A stretch of 64,000 nt of DNA, from NCBI GenBank assembly GCA_964589975.1, contig CAZPVH010000005.1:3612-67611 (forward strand), given 5' to 3'. Positions 43,838 to 54,298 of this stretch are shown piece after piece (positions within the stretch are counted from its first letter, which is position 1; each line of letters starts with the position of its first letter). Source of the stretch: an uncultured Candidatus Saccharibacteria bacterium. Its GTDB lineage: Bacteria; Patescibacteriota; Minisyncoccia; Phycocordibacterales; CSBR16-119. Position numbers and translations under genes: made by a program. The notes beneath the pieces were generated by a model. It made no database searches, had not been told where the DNA came from, and was given only the letters and a program-made list of their open reading frames with translations.

Positions 43838-45571
43838 TTATGTTTTTATTTTTGACGCGGACTCATCGTCTTCGATATATTCGTAAATGTCGACCACCTT
43901 TTTTAATTCTTCGATCGACGTGATGCCGGTAACGCATTTGATGAGTCCGTCTTCCACCATGTTGAGGATTCCTTGTTTCTCGGATATGACTTTTATCTCG
44001 CGCTCTGATGGATTCATGGGCATGATGTTTTGAATTTCTTCATCGGCGAGGATTGCTTCAAAGACACCAATACGTCCCTTGTAGCCGATCCCGTTGCAGG
44101 CCTCACATCCTGGTGCGGTGTAGAGTTCAATCTTTTGTTTTGAAGAAATATTATACTCTGACAAATCTTTTCCGAGTTTTTCCGCCCGCTCCAAAGTTTT
44201 CCTGATGACTTCTTCCTCTTCTTTTGTCACAGGGCGCTTTACTTTGCATTTAACGCAGAGTTTTCGGGTAAGTCGCTGAGCAATAGCCATTGATAAGGCA
44301 GAGGCCAGAATCTTTGGGTTAACGCCCAGATCTATGAGGCGGGGCACCACGCCAGCGGCGTTGTTGGTGTGAAGGGTCGAGAAGACCAAGTGTCCGGTGA
44401 GGGAAGACTCAACAGCGATTTTCGCCGTCTCGCCGTCGCGGATTTCGCCGACCATGATGACGTCCGGATCTTGGCGGAGCGCTGATTTGAGACCCTCCAG
44501 GAAGTCATAGCCGCGCTCGGGATTCGTCTGCGTCTGCGTGATACCGTCCAGGTGGTACTCGATTGGTTCTTCGATCGTTAATATTTTTATTTCTGGAGAA
44601 TATATTCGTCGCAAGAATGCATAGAGGCTGGTGGATTTTCCAGAACCTGTTGGACCAGTGATCAGGATGAGTCCGTTTGGTTTATCAATTTCTCTCGAAA
44701 TTATTCTATACATCTTTTTCTCGATTCCCATGTCTTCAAGTTCTACCTGAATTGATTTCGGGTTCAAGATTCGCATAACGATTCCTTCGCCGAACGCGCC
44801 AGGAATTATTGAAGTACGCATGCTGATCTCTTGTCCGCCGACAAAAATTGCAAAACGTCCGTCTTGCGCTTGGTTGTGCGAGAGCTTAAGGCCGGAGAGA
44901 AGCTTCAGGCGAGAATTTATGAATTCAAAAGTTTTGTAGTCGATATCGGCAACGATGTGAAGAATTCCGTCAAGACGAATTCTGAGATGGACGGCGTTTT
45001 CACCGGGCTCAAGGTGAACATCAGACGCGCCGAGTGCGATCGCGCCGGCAAAAATTATTTCAATAATTTTTGAAACTCTGTGTGTCGCCGTTTCGGCGTT
45101 CGTAGAGTCGATAAGTTTTTTTATGTCTTCGAGAAGTTTTATTTTCTCTGCCGTCTTCATTAGCGTCTCGCCGGAAATCTCGAGACTTCCGGCTTTTATC
45201 TTCTCCGCTTGCGAAACTTCTTCATAGCGCTGCCAAACTTTCTCAAGACTCGCGCGCGAAGCCATGAACCAGCTGACGACATAACCCTCGCGCTTCAGGT
45301 CTTCTTCAAAAGCCCTGAGCCCGTCGTGCTCCGGAGCTCGGGTGGCAATCAGAAGCTTCCTCGACGCAATGTTAAAAGGCGCGATCTCAAGTTCCCTGGC
45401 CTTGTCCTCCGGAACCGCCTTTAGGGCCTCGTTTTCGAGGATAACTTTGGACAAATTGACGTAGGGAATATGGTATTTGGTCTCTGCGAGGACCCGCGCC
45501 AAATCCTCCTCTTCCTCTAAATGAAGGATTTCGAGCCTTTTTGAGTCTTTTTCGTCATTAAATTGGGGCAT
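43838..45571 (-). CDS. pilB: Type IV pilus / type II secretion assembly ATPase (PilB/GspE family)
   Basis: GSPII_E N-terminal-like region, Walker [10 protein letters not shown], Asp and His boxes, tetra-Cys motif (CVKCK...[12 protein letters not shown]). Start placed at MPQFNDEK because the upstream ORF-track residues look non-coding. Confidence 0.8.
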   Translation of the reverse strand: MPQFNDEKDSKRLEILHLEEEEDLARVLAETKYHIPYVNLSKVILENEALKAVPEDKARELEIAPFNIASRKLLIATRAPEHDGLRAFEEDLKREGYVVSWFMASRASLEKVWQRYEEVSQAEKIKAGSLEISGETLMKTAEKIKLLEDIKKLIDSTNAETATHRVSKIIEIIFAGAIALGASDVHLEPGENAVHLRIRLDGILHIVADIDYKTFEFINSRLKLLSGLKLSHNQAQDGRFAIFVGGQEISMRTSIIPGAFGEGIVMRILNPKSIQVELEDMGIEKKMYRIISREIDKPNGLILITGPTGSGKSTSLYAFLRRIYSPEIKILTIEEPIEYHLDGITQTQTNPERGYDFLEGLKSALRQDPDVIMVGEIRDGETAKIAVESSLTGHLVFSTLHTNNAAGVVPRLIDLGVNPKILASALSMAIAQRLTRKLCVKCKVKRPVTKEEEEVIRKTLERAEKLGKDLSEYNISSKQKIELYTAPGCEACNGIGYKGRIGVFEAILADEEIQNIMPMNPSEREIKVISEKQGILNMVEDGLIKCVTGITSIEELKKVVDIYEYIEDDESASKIKT

Positions 45572-45765
45572 AAAAATCAATATAAGTATACACCAAAGCC
45601 CAAAAAAGCCTTGTTTTACTTGGGGAAAATGGGGTAGGGCGTTAATGGATAAGGGCCCTGGAGGGCTTGACATAAACCCTAGGATATGCTAGTATATTAG
45701 AGGAAGAATAGTTCGTTGAAATACGGACCAAAACAAACGAAAACAACCACAAACTCCCATATCTC

Positions 45766-47064
45766 ATGGAAAAGTTCATGACCTCCGTACTCGCCATCAT
45801 TTTGATGGCAACCAGCGCTTTCGCGCAACGCGATCACGACAAAGAGTGGAAAAGCAAGTTCATCAAGAACTTTGCCCTCTCCGTGGATCCGGCTGACATG
45901 ACGACCGCCGAAATGGTGGCCCAGGACCTCTTGAAGAAGTCCCCGACCGACAAGGCGGCATGGATGAGGGATCACACTGTGATCATCGATTCCATTCCGA
46001 TGACCTACGTGGAACTTGGCGCCTTCGTGAACGGCAAGATGACTTTTGTCCCCCAGGACGCCGTCACGATGAACATGCGGTTCATGCGGCTCGAAACAGT
46101 CTTCGCTGATCCGTTCTACACCGGGAAACTCTTCCCGATGTACGGTTTCAGTGGAAACAGCGACGCCAATATGTACAACCCGCCGCTTGTTCTCGATTTC
46201 GACCTCAATGGCGATCTCGAATACGATAGCTTCACCTACAATGAGGCTACCAAGAAGCATAGCGTCGTGTACGGTAACCCTCCGGTAGCGCAGAACACAC
46301 CCGGCAATGTGCCGAGCGTCAGTGTTCCGCAAGGCGCGGTGAAGCTTCCTGACGGCACGATCATGGGCCCCGGCTACATGATCACACCGCAAGGAGTTAC
46401 TCTCTTCCAGCAGACGAATGGTTCATACCTCACCGCTGCTCAGATGCAAGGCCAACAGGCGCCGCCGGCGAAAGTCGACAGCACCAAGCGCACTGCAAGC
46501 TACTCGGTGAACGTGGAGCAGAGCGGCGATCCCAAATTGCTGGCGAGCAATGGAAGCTTCGGCCAAGGTGGCCAGAGTGCTACTGTTCCGAGCGACGCAA
46601 ACCAGGTTGAGTTCTGGAATCAGGATCGGATGCGCGCTGATGGCACCATGGTTGAGTACGAGCGTGGCTCGGAAACCGGTGGCGAATGGCATAAGGTGAA
46701 AGAAGAAAAGCCTGACGTCATTGAGCCCATGACCCTGAAGCCTAACCAGGTCCTGATCAACAAGACGACCGGTGATGTGCTCTTGCAGGAACGCAAGCGT
46801 GAAAGCCGCAAGGTAAGGCGCTTGTATGACCTGGAGGAAGATGCTCCTACCGAAGGTTCTGCTCGCGCAGTCGAAGCCATGAATGGCGGAGGCACGGTCG
46901 GCTGGACTCCTATCGGTATGACATGGGGCGTTGGTGGCTGGGTTGGCGGTGGCTATGGCAACTGCAACAACGGCACTTGTGGCCGTCGTGCTATGGATGG
47001 CCATGGCTGCAATGATCGGGCGTTTCGCCCAGTCATGCGTGGCTCAAGCCTCGGTGGTCTCTGA
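45766..47064 (+). CDS. Secreted hypothetical protein, 432 aa, GC-rich, with a Gly/Cys-rich C-terminus
   Basis: Signal peptide MEKFMTSVLAIILMATSAFA. C-terminus GGWVGGGYGNCNNGTCGRRAMDGHGCN. GC is clearly above the window baseline. Confidence 0.5.
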   Translation: MEKFMTSVLAIILMATSAFAQRDHDKEWKSKFIKNFALSVDPADMTTAEMVAQDLLKKSPTDKAAWMRDHTVIIDSIPMTYVELGAFVNGKMTFVPQDAVTMNMRFMRLETVFADPFYTGKLFPMYGFSGNSDANMYNPPLVLDFDLNGDLEYDSFTYNEATKKHSVVYGNPPVAQNTPGNVPSVSVPQGAVKLPDGTIMGPGYMITPQGVTLFQQTNGSYLTAAQMQGQQAPPAKVDSTKRTASYSVNVEQSGDPKLLASNGSFGQGGQSATVPSDANQVEFWNQDRMRADGTMVEYERGSETGGEWHKVKEEKPDVIEPMTLKPNQVLINKTTGDVLLQERKRESRKVRRLYDLEEDAPTEGSARAVEAMNGGGTVGWTPIGMTWGVGGWVGGGYGNCNNGTCGRRAMDGHGCNDRAFRPVMRGSSLGGL

Positions 47065-47170
47065 CCACGGTCCGTATAGATGAGGTCGGGGGGAAGGTTC
47101 GCCTTCCTCCCTCACTCTTAAGTTCTTGAAAGGTTCGAGAATTTAAAGGTGTTATCAAATCATCAAACAT

Positions 47171-48670
47171 ATGAATAAAACTATAAACATAATCAAATAC
47201 GTCGGTATCATAACGGTTCTCGTTCTGGCTATTTTCGCTGTAGGCAAAACTGCCTCTGCTGCTTGTGAGATGGGACCAATCTATCCTGGTTCTTCTATCT
47301 GGGGCTGTGTCGGTCAGAATTCTGACAACGGCGATGATGACGATGACGACAATGATTCTGGAAACGGCAATCTAAACGTCTCGACTCTTTCAGCTTCGAG
47401 CATCGATTCCGACTCTGCAACTCTTCGCGGCGAGATCACTGACCTTGACTCATCTGAAGACTATGAACGATTCTTCGAATGGGGAACCGACGAAGATGAT
47501 CTTGACCACACCCTATCTATTTCTGGCACAACTGACGATGAAGGCGAGTTCTCTCGAACCTTGACTGGCCTCTCTGATGATCGCGAATATTTCTATCGCG
47601 CTTGCGCCGAAAACTCTGATGACTCAAATGATGATGACTGCGGATCTGTCCGAAGCTTCACAACTGATGATGAAGGCGGATCAAGCAATAACAATAGTAA
47701 CAATGGTGGCGACGAAGCGGTCCTTACGACTGACGCGTCAGCTATCGGCTACAACACTGCGATCCTTAATGGTGTCGTTGTGAACGAAGGCGGCAGCCAG
47801 ACAGTTTGGTTTGAGTGGGGACGTACTGTAAACCTTGGTAACCGCACAGCAGCCAGAACCGTTTCAGATGATCAGAGTCTTGTATCAGTAAATCTATCGG
47901 GACTTTCTTCCAGTACAAGCTACTTCTTCCGAATAGTGTCAAACTCTGGCGAGGCTGGCGACATTAAAGCGTTTACAACCCGATCGTTTAACGCCCCTTC
48001 GACTCCTGCCCCGACAAATAATCCAACAAATCCTCCGACGCACACAACTCCCGATCCGGAAGTAATTGTTGTGCAGACGAATACTATCTCAAGCGATGAA
48101 TTCTTGAATGTAGACCTGGTCTCAAGTCTTAAAGACGCAAAGTCTGGTGATACAGTTATGTTCCAGGCCGTCTACGAGAACTTGACCGACACGACTCTTA
48201 AAAACATCAAGCTCGTTGTCGACATGCCTGTCGGAATCGAGATCAAGAATACTGAATCCGGCACGATTATGGGTCAGAGGGTAGAATTCACTATCCCAGC
48301 TCTCGGCGCGAATGAGTCTGACAGCTTTGCTATCGAGACCCGCATCTCTTCAAAGTCTGCTGATAAGTTCCTCGTCGGAATCATCGAAGCAATCTTCGAT
48401 CATCCAGCACTCGAGAATACGCGAATCGACATCGTCGACTACGCTATCGTGAAAATCCTCCGTGGCACAGCCTCATCTTCAAATTCTGATCATGCAGCCG
48501 GTGCGGCCTTTGCAGGAACATTCTTCCCTAAAGGTATTGGCGGATGGCTAATCCTTGCAGGCTCAATAATCCTCCTCATAGTACTTGCCCGAAAGCTCTA
48601 CAAAGAGAAAGAAGACGAGAAAAAGAAAGAAGAGGATAAAATGAAGCCAGGTCTTAAGATCGCCAAATAA
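47171..48670 (+). CDS. Cell-surface protein with three Fn3-like repeats, a DUF11-like domain and a C-terminal TM anchor
   Basis: Signal peptide. Three repeats of the pattern ...TL(R/N)G.I/V...FEWG(T/R)...Y(F)FR.... Asp-rich linkers. C-terminal IGGWLILAGSIILLIVLARKLYKEKEDEKKKEE. Confidence 0.55.
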   Translation: MNKTINIIKYVGIITVLVLAIFAVGKTASAACEMGPIYPGSSIWGCVGQNSDNGDDDDDDNDSGNGNLNVSTLSASSIDSDSATLRGEITDLDSSEDYERFFEWGTDEDDLDHTLSISGTTDDEGEFSRTLTGLSDDREYFYRACAENSDDSNDDDCGSVRSFTTDDEGGSSNNNSNNGGDEAVLTTDASAIGYNTAILNGVVVNEGGSQTVWFEWGRTVNLGNRTAARTVSDDQSLVSVNLSGLSSSTSYFFRIVSNSGEAGDIKAFTTRSFNAPSTPAPTNNPTNPPTHTTPDPEVIVVQTNTISSDEFLNVDLVSSLKDAKSGDTVMFQAVYENLTDTTLKNIKLVVDMPVGIEIKNTESGTIMGQRVEFTIPALGANESDSFAIETRISSKSADKFLVGIIEAIFDHPALENTRIDIVDYAIVKILRGTASSSNSDHAAGAAFAGTFFPKGIGGWLILAGSIILLIVLARKLYKEKEDEKKKEEDKMKPGLKIAK

Positions 48671-48730
48671 TTAATATAAGAATGAAAAGCCCCCGGAAAC
48701 GGGGGCTTTTCATTGTGGTAGAATGGCCGC

Positions 48731-49153
48731 ATGATTACTCATAGCGCCGATGAGACAAAGGCTCTAGCCACGAGAATTTTGGAAGACATTAAGCCGGGCG
48801 CTCAAGCGACCGTGATTGAGCTTGTGGGGGATCTTGGTTCGGGAAAGACCACTTTTATGCAGGGGGTCGGAGCGCATTTCGGTCTTACGACCGCGCTTGC
48901 GAGTCCGACATTCGTTATAGGGAAGCACTACGATCTGCCGGCGGGATTCCTATGGAAAAGGCTTATTCACATCGACGCTTACCGGATAGAAAACGAAGGC
49001 GAACTCCGGACCATCGGCTGGGAGAGGTACATGGCTGATCCCGGAAATATCATCTTCATTGAGTGGCCAGCGAATATGCAAACAGATTTATCGGCGGCAA
49101 AAAGAATTGAATTCAAACATATAAATGAAAACGAAAGAGAAATCACAATTTAA
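48731..49153 (+). CDS. tsaE: tRNA threonylcarbamoyladenosine biosynthesis protein TsaE
   Basis: P-loop LVGDLGSGKTTF and a size of about 140 aa. Confidence 0.75.
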   Translation: MITHSADETKALATRILEDIKPGAQATVIELVGDLGSGKTTFMQGVGAHFGLTTALASPTFVIGKHYDLPAGFLWKRLIHIDAYRIENEGELRTIGWERYMADPGNIIFIEWPANMQTDLSAAKRIEFKHINENEREITI

Positions 49154-51509
49154 AAAGCGAATTGTTCTGCTAGATACTCACGCGATCATTCATCGCGCCT
49201 ACCACGCGTTGCCCGACTTCGCTACTTCTTCTGGGCGCCCAACTGGCGCGCTTTATGGACTGGCGTCTATGGTCCTCTCTATTGCGAAGGATCTAAGCCC
49301 GGATTACATAATCGCGTGCTACGACTTGCCTGGCGGCACATTCCGAAGTGCTATGTACACCGGGTACAAGGCGCACAGAAAAGAACTGGATGACTCTCTG
49401 GCCATCCAAATAAACGAATCGCGCGAAGTTTTGGACGCCATGAATATTCCTCGGTATGAAGTTAAGGGTTTTGAAGCGGACGACTTGCTGGGAACCATTG
49501 CCGAGACTCTTAAAAAAGATAAAACAAATGAAGTTATCATAGCTTCTGGCGACATGGATACGCTCCAGCTTGTCGATGGAAAGCAAGTAAAAGTTTTTAC
49601 TTTGAAACGAGGTCTCACGGATACTGTGCTATACGACGAGAAAGCCGTAGTCTCGCGCTTCGGCTTTCCGCCGAAGCTTCTTCCTGATTACAAGGGTCTC
49701 CGAGGTGATCCGTCAGACAACATCATCGGCATTCCTGGAATCGGCGAGAAGACAGCCACGGCGCTAATCTCTAGCTTCGGTGGAATAGAAGGAATTTACA
49801 AAAAACTAAAGAATGGAGACGAGGCATTCATATCCGCGGGAATCAAGCCTCGGATCATTGAGCTTCTTCGGAACGGGGAAGAGGAAGCGGAATTTTCCAA
49901 AACTCTCGCAACCATCCGTCTAGACGCTCCGGTGTCTTTCGAGCTCCCAGATAAATCATGGCGAGAGTCTGTGGATCATAATAAGGCCGAAAAGATGCTT
50001 AGCGAATTAGAGTTCCGTTCGCTTATTACCCGGCTTCGCGGCGTGTTAGGAGCGGAAACTCAAGAGATCTCTCTAAAGGAAGAAGCCACAGCAGAAGAAA
50101 CAATTGACCCATTGGAGGTTAAGAAGCTTGGAGTGGCGCTCTCGCTCCTTGATCCCGAGAAATCAGAGCCAGACCTTGAAGATATTTTTTCATACGCGCG
50201 AACGCGCGATTTCTCCGCGGCAAAAGACTATATCATGAAAGCTATAGAGCACAACAGCATGACGAATGTCTGGAAAGAAATTGAAGAGCCGATAATGCCG
50301 GTGATTGCGGCCATGACAGCGCGCGGGATCAAGATTGATAAATTGTATTTAAAAAAGCTTGGCAGCGATTATCACGGAGTCTTGGAGAAAATTGAGCAAG
50401 ACATATATAAACTCGCCGGAGAAGAATTCAACGTGAAGTCTCCGAAGCAGCTTTCAGAAATACTTTTCGGAAAGCTCGGTCTTCCGACGGCGGGCGTTAA
50501 AAAGTCTGCGGGCGGAGCGTATTCGACCCAGATCGAAATACTTCAGAAGCTTGAAGAGGCGCACCCGATCATCCCGAAAATTATCGAATATCGAGAATTG
50601 CAGAAGCTTCTCTCGACATATATTGATGTTATCCCGGATCTGGTGGCTCCAGATGGCCGGCTTCATCCAGAGTTCGTGCAGATCGGCGCGGCCACGGGTC
50701 GATTCTCCTCGAAGAATCCAAACATCCAGAACATCCCGACGAAATCGGAGCTTGGCCGAAATATTCGCCGGGGATTCGTTGCGGACAAAGGCTGGAAGCT
50801 AGTATCATTCGACTACTCTCAGATTGAATTTCGCTTGGCCGCGATCTTTGCCAAGGACGAATATCTAATAAATGCTTTCAAGAATGGCGATGACGCCCAC
50901 ACGGCTGTGGCCGCGCTTGTCTTTGGCGTTCCGATGAATGAAGTTACAAAAGAAATGCGCCGTCACGCGAAAGTTATAAACTTCGGCATTCTTTACGGCA
51001 TGGGAGTGAACGCGCTCAGGAAAAATTTAGGCGGCACACAGAAAGAAGCCGCGGCTTTTTACGAAGACTATTTCAATAAGTTCAAATCTATCGCGGGGTA
51101 TCTAGACTCGACCAAGATGTTCGCGAAAAAGCATGGTTATACCGAGTCTTTGTTCGGTCGCCGCCGGTATTTCCCGAATATAAACTCAAGCGTGCCATTT
51201 ATTCAAAAAATTGCCGAGCGTGCGGCTATTAATGCGCCGCTTCAGGGTACGGCCGCAGACATTATTAAGCTTGCTATGAGATTCATCTGGGCGCGCCTTC
51301 AGAAGGAGAAAATGGCTGACAGTGTGTATCCGCTTCTTCAGATTCACGATGAGCTCATATTTGAGATAAAGGAAGAATTGCTTGAAAAGGCGACAGCTCT
51401 TATTAAAGAAGAAATGGAGGGTGTTTTCGAGGAGTCGTATCTGAAATACAAGTCTTCGGTCCCGCTTGTTGTGAACTATTCGAGCGGCGATACGTGGCAG
51501 GATCTATAA
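49125..51509 (+). CDS. polA: DNA polymerase I (5'-3' exonuclease + polymerase, no 3'-5' proofreading domain)
   Basis: N-terminal FEN-like region (LLDTHAIIHRAYHAL). Polymerase motifs A (DYSQIEFRLAA), B (RRHAKVINFGILYG) and C (LQIHDELIF). 794 aa is too short to include a 3'-5' exonuclease domain. Confidence 0.9.
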   Translation: MKTKEKSQFKKRIVLLDTHAIIHRAYHALPDFATSSGRPTGALYGLASMVLSIAKDLSPDYIIACYDLPGGTFRSAMYTGYKAHRKELDDSLAIQINESREVLDAMNIPRYEVKGFEADDLLGTIAETLKKDKTNEVIIASGDMDTLQLVDGKQVKVFTLKRGLTDTVLYDEKAVVSRFGFPPKLLPDYKGLRGDPSDNIIGIPGIGEKTATALISSFGGIEGIYKKLKNGDEAFISAGIKPRIIELLRNGEEEAEFSKTLATIRLDAPVSFELPDKSWRESVDHNKAEKMLSELEFRSLITRLRGVLGAETQEISLKEEATAEETIDPLEVKKLGVALSLLDPEKSEPDLEDIFSYARTRDFSAAKDYIMKAIEHNSMTNVWKEIEEPIMPVIAAMTARGIKIDKLYLKKLGSDYHGVLEKIEQDIYKLAGEEFNVKSPKQLSEILFGKLGLPTAGVKKSAGGAYSTQIEILQKLEEAHPIIPKIIEYRELQKLLSTYIDVIPDLVAPDGRLHPEFVQIGAATGRFSSKNPNIQNIPTKSELGRNIRRGFVADKGWKLVSFDYSQIEFRLAAIFAKDEYLINAFKNGDDAHTAVAALVFGVPMNEVTKEMRRHAKVINFGILYGMGVNALRKNLGGTQKEAAAFYEDYFNKFKSIAGYLDSTKMFAKKHGYTESLFGRRRYFPNINSSVPFIQKIAERAAINAPLQGTAADIIKLAMRFIWARLQKEKMADSVYPLLQIHDELIFEIKEELLEKATALIKEEMEGVFEESYLKYKSSVPLVVNYSSGDTWQDL

Positions 51510-51533
51510 ACTACTTCATTTTCGGAAATATTC

Positions 51534-52034
51534 TTGGTGGGGTATAATATGAACATGGCACAGCAGACAAAAGAAAATACAATCTCGCACTTGAGCTCAT
51601 ATTCGACGCTCGTATTTGCCTTTGCTCTGATGATCTCGGTGCTACTAGACATAGTTCTCCCCATGAAATTCCTCGCTGAACCAGGGAATAGATATATTGG
51701 CATCGTGGTTGTAATATTTGGAACTTTTATCGTTTTCTGGGCCGAAAACATTGGTCGTCAATATTCACACAAGAGAAAAAAGGGCGAAGTTACCCATATT
51801 TCACATATTTCAAGGGGGGTGTATTCTTATACAAGAAATCCTAAATATGTTGGCCTTGGAATTCTTCTCATTGGCCTTGGAATAATTCTCAATTCTCTTT
51901 TTGTAACCATTTCCGCTTTTGTTTCTATTCTCATTATCCACTTTTTCCTTCTTCACAAAGAAGAAGAGCTTCTGGAATCTCGTCACGGCCACATCTATCA
52001 CGAATATAAGAAAAAGGTTAAGCGCTGGATATAA
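51534..52034 (+). CDS. Isoprenylcysteine carboxyl methyltransferase / phospholipid methyltransferase family membrane protein
   Basis: Multi-TM, 166 aa, with GVYSYTRNPKYVG (the RHPxY-like signature of the ICMT/PEMT family). Confidence 0.6.
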   Translation: MVGYNMNMAQQTKENTISHLSSYSTLVFAFALMISVLLDIVLPMKFLAEPGNRYIGIVVVIFGTFIVFWAENIGRQYSHKRKKGEVTHISHISRGVYSYTRNPKYVGLGILLIGLGIILNSLFVTISAFVSILIIHFFLLHKEEELLESRHGHIYHEYKKKVKRWI

Positions 52035-52035
52035 C

Positions 52036-52731
52036 ATGATTTGCGCTTTCGTCGGAAATGACGCCGCTTCAAAGAAGAAATTCTTATCCGACCTCCTAAA
52101 AACTCATGCAGACAGGGAAGTTGCCTACTTCGACAGCGAAAGCTTTGATATGGGGGCTTTTATGAACACTCTCGGGGGTGGCGATATCTTTGCCAAGAAG
52201 TATTTTGTAGTTATGCGCGGCCTCATGGCCGAAGGCAAGCATGATATCTCTTCAAAACTGACCGACATGAACTCCAGCGAGACAGTTTTTGCCGTTTTGG
52301 AAGACTCGCTTCTGAAGGTGCCACTCGAAGAATTAAAAAAACATGCAAAAGTTTTTAAATCAGCTGAAGTTTCTAAAGGAAAAGACGAGAAATTCAACAT
52401 TTTTTCCATAACTGACGCATACGGCGCGCGGGATAAGAAAAGCGCCTGGGTGCTTATGCAGCAGGCGCTCCGAAGCGGCGTCGCGGCGGAAGAAGTCCTG
52501 AACATCCTCATCTGGCAGACAAAAAATCTACTCTTTGTGAAGCGCGAAACTGATCCTCGTAAAACTGGACTATCACCTTTTGTCTACAACAAAGCAAAAA
52601 AATATTCTGGAAACTACACACTCCCGGAGCTTCAAGAAATATCTCGATCGCTCACTAGACTTTTTCACGAGGGACACCTTGGTCTCGACGTCGAGCCGAA
52701 TTTGGAATTATTTCTCTTAAAAACCCTTTAA
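52036..52731 (+). CDS. holA: DNA polymerase III delta subunit (HolA)-like
   Basis: ATG 1 nt after the upstream stop. Pattern ...NIFSITDAYGARDKKSAWVLMQQALRSGVAAEEVLNILIWQTKNLLFV resembles the delta-subunit C-terminal region. 231 aa is short, so confidence is moderate. Confidence 0.5.
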   Translation: MICAFVGNDAASKKKFLSDLLKTHADREVAYFDSESFDMGAFMNTLGGGDIFAKKYFVVMRGLMAEGKHDISSKLTDMNSSETVFAVLEDSLLKVPLEELKKHAKVFKSAEVSKGKDEKFNIFSITDAYGARDKKSAWVLMQQALRSGVAAEEVLNILIWQTKNLLFVKRETDPRKTGLSPFVYNKAKKYSGNYTLPELQEISRSLTRLFHEGHLGLDVEPNLELFLLKTL

Positions 52732-53241
52732 AATCAACATAAATTAAGTCACAGGCAAAACCCTCCTACGCTAAAGCCTAGCAGGGTAAAAACAAAAGGC
52801 CCGTAATTTGGCATCGTCCGGGGGACAATAGCAAATTACGGGCCTTCGTTGAGAAAAGAACTGGCTTCGCTACAAACTACGCTCTGACTACGCTACAAAG
52901 AACTAAGTAATCGGGCGACGATAAGCGACATTTGATGTCTTGGCATCAGCATTATGACCGTAGAACCAAAAAATAAAACAAAGTTTATATAATTAAAGCC
53001 TTAAGTAGGCTACACATTTGGTCGGTCTAACGTTCGCTTGATTAGAGTATAGACTTTAGTTTCTAAAAGACAAAGTGGATAAAGGACATTGTTGTGGAAA
53101 AGTGACGCTCCGCAGAATGTTTATTTTTTCGTCCTGCGGGATCGCTACGCTAGGTCCTCGGACATCAAAAATAAATATTCTGCTCCGCTGGGAGAGTGAA
53201 GATTGAAGAAAACCCGCTTGCGCGGGTTTTCTTAGGGATTT

Positions 53242-53772
53242 TTATGATTTGAACCTCTTTCTGGTTAGCACAACCAGTATGAGAGAAACGAAGAGTATAA
53301 GCGACATGACCGGAATGTCTATGAAGCCGAAGCCTTTGACGTAGTTCTGAAGGCAGGAAACGCCAGTAGTGTCGCAAGCCAGGACGTCGCGTCCCATAAT
53401 TTTCTCGACATTGTGCCAAATAGCCAGGACACCTCCGATGATAGCCAAAACGAGAGAGTAGTCGAATATTTCTGCTGTTCGGCGGCGGATAAGGGCAACA
53501 AGAGAGATGAACGCTATGGGATACATAAGTATTCTCTGGTACCAGCAGAAGGCGCATGGGACGAAGCCGATGAATTGGTAAGTCAGGCTTCCAGCCATTC
53601 CCGCAAGAGATATGACAAAGATGAGCGGTAGCGCGTTCTTGTTTATCCAGGAAAACGCTGGGCCCTTGTCTCGGGTAATGAGACCAATGATGAGGAAAAG
53701 AGATAGGGCTAGGAGGCCTAAGGTCCCGATAGAGAAGAGGAAGTTTATGGTGTTTATGGTTTGTTCGTTCAT
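53242..53772 (-). CDS. dsbB: Disulfide bond formation protein B (DsbB/BdbC family)
   Basis: Four TM helices. Cys pair in VPCAFCWYQRILMYP and a second Cys pair (LACDTTGVSC). Confidence 0.7.
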   Translation of the reverse strand: MNEQTINTINFLFSIGTLGLLALSLFLIIGLITRDKGPAFSWINKNALPLIFVISLAGMAGSLTYQFIGFVPCAFCWYQRILMYPIAFISLVALIRRRTAEIFDYSLVLAIIGGVLAIWHNVEKIMGRDVLACDTTGVSCLQNYVKGFGFIDIPVMSLILFVSLILVVLTRKRFKS

Positions 53773-53774
53773 TA

Positions 53775-54206
53775 TTATTGCACCGCTGAAGATGATTCGC
53801 CAACGCCTGTAGTTTCGACCGGAGCATTAGGGTCAGGGAGTGCACAGCCAGTCTTTTCAGCTAGAAATCCCAAAGTTTGGACGTTGGAAATCTTTGTACC
53901 GTCGGCGAATTCCCATGTCGGGTATTGAGTAATGCCGTTTTCGATACAAACCTCAGTCTGGCCTTTGGAGTCAGGCGTAGAACATTCTACATAAGGGAGA
54001 AGCTTCTCTGAGCCTTTGAACAGAGCTTTCTGTTCGGCGCAATGAGGGCACCAGAAGGCGCCGAAGAATTTGGCTCCTTTCTCACCAAGGCATGAGGCGA
54101 AAGAGTCGTAAATCTTAGGTTTATTGGCCTCGCGCTGGAGAAGGACTAGGGCGGCGACCACAAGGACGACTATGACGGCGATGGAAATGATGGTTTGTTT
54201 GTTCAT
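53775..54206 (-). CDS. Thioredoxin-fold thiol:disulfide oxidoreductase (DsbA/BdbD-like), membrane-anchored
   Basis: N-terminal TM helix. CPHC active site (FGAFWCPHCAEQK). Adjacent to dsbB. Confidence 0.7.
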   Translation of the reverse strand: MNKQTIISIAVIVVLVVAALVLLQREANKPKIYDSFASCLGEKGAKFFGAFWCPHCAEQKALFKGSEKLLPYVECSTPDSKGQTEVCIENGITQYPTWEFADGTKISNVQTLGFLAEKTGCALPDPNAPVETTGVGESSSAVQ

Positions 54207-54298
54207 TTATATGAATGGCTAATTGATATGGGCTTATTGTAGGTTTTTACCCATTTTTTTGCAATAACAAAATTGACTTGGCGTGCTAAACTTAAAGA

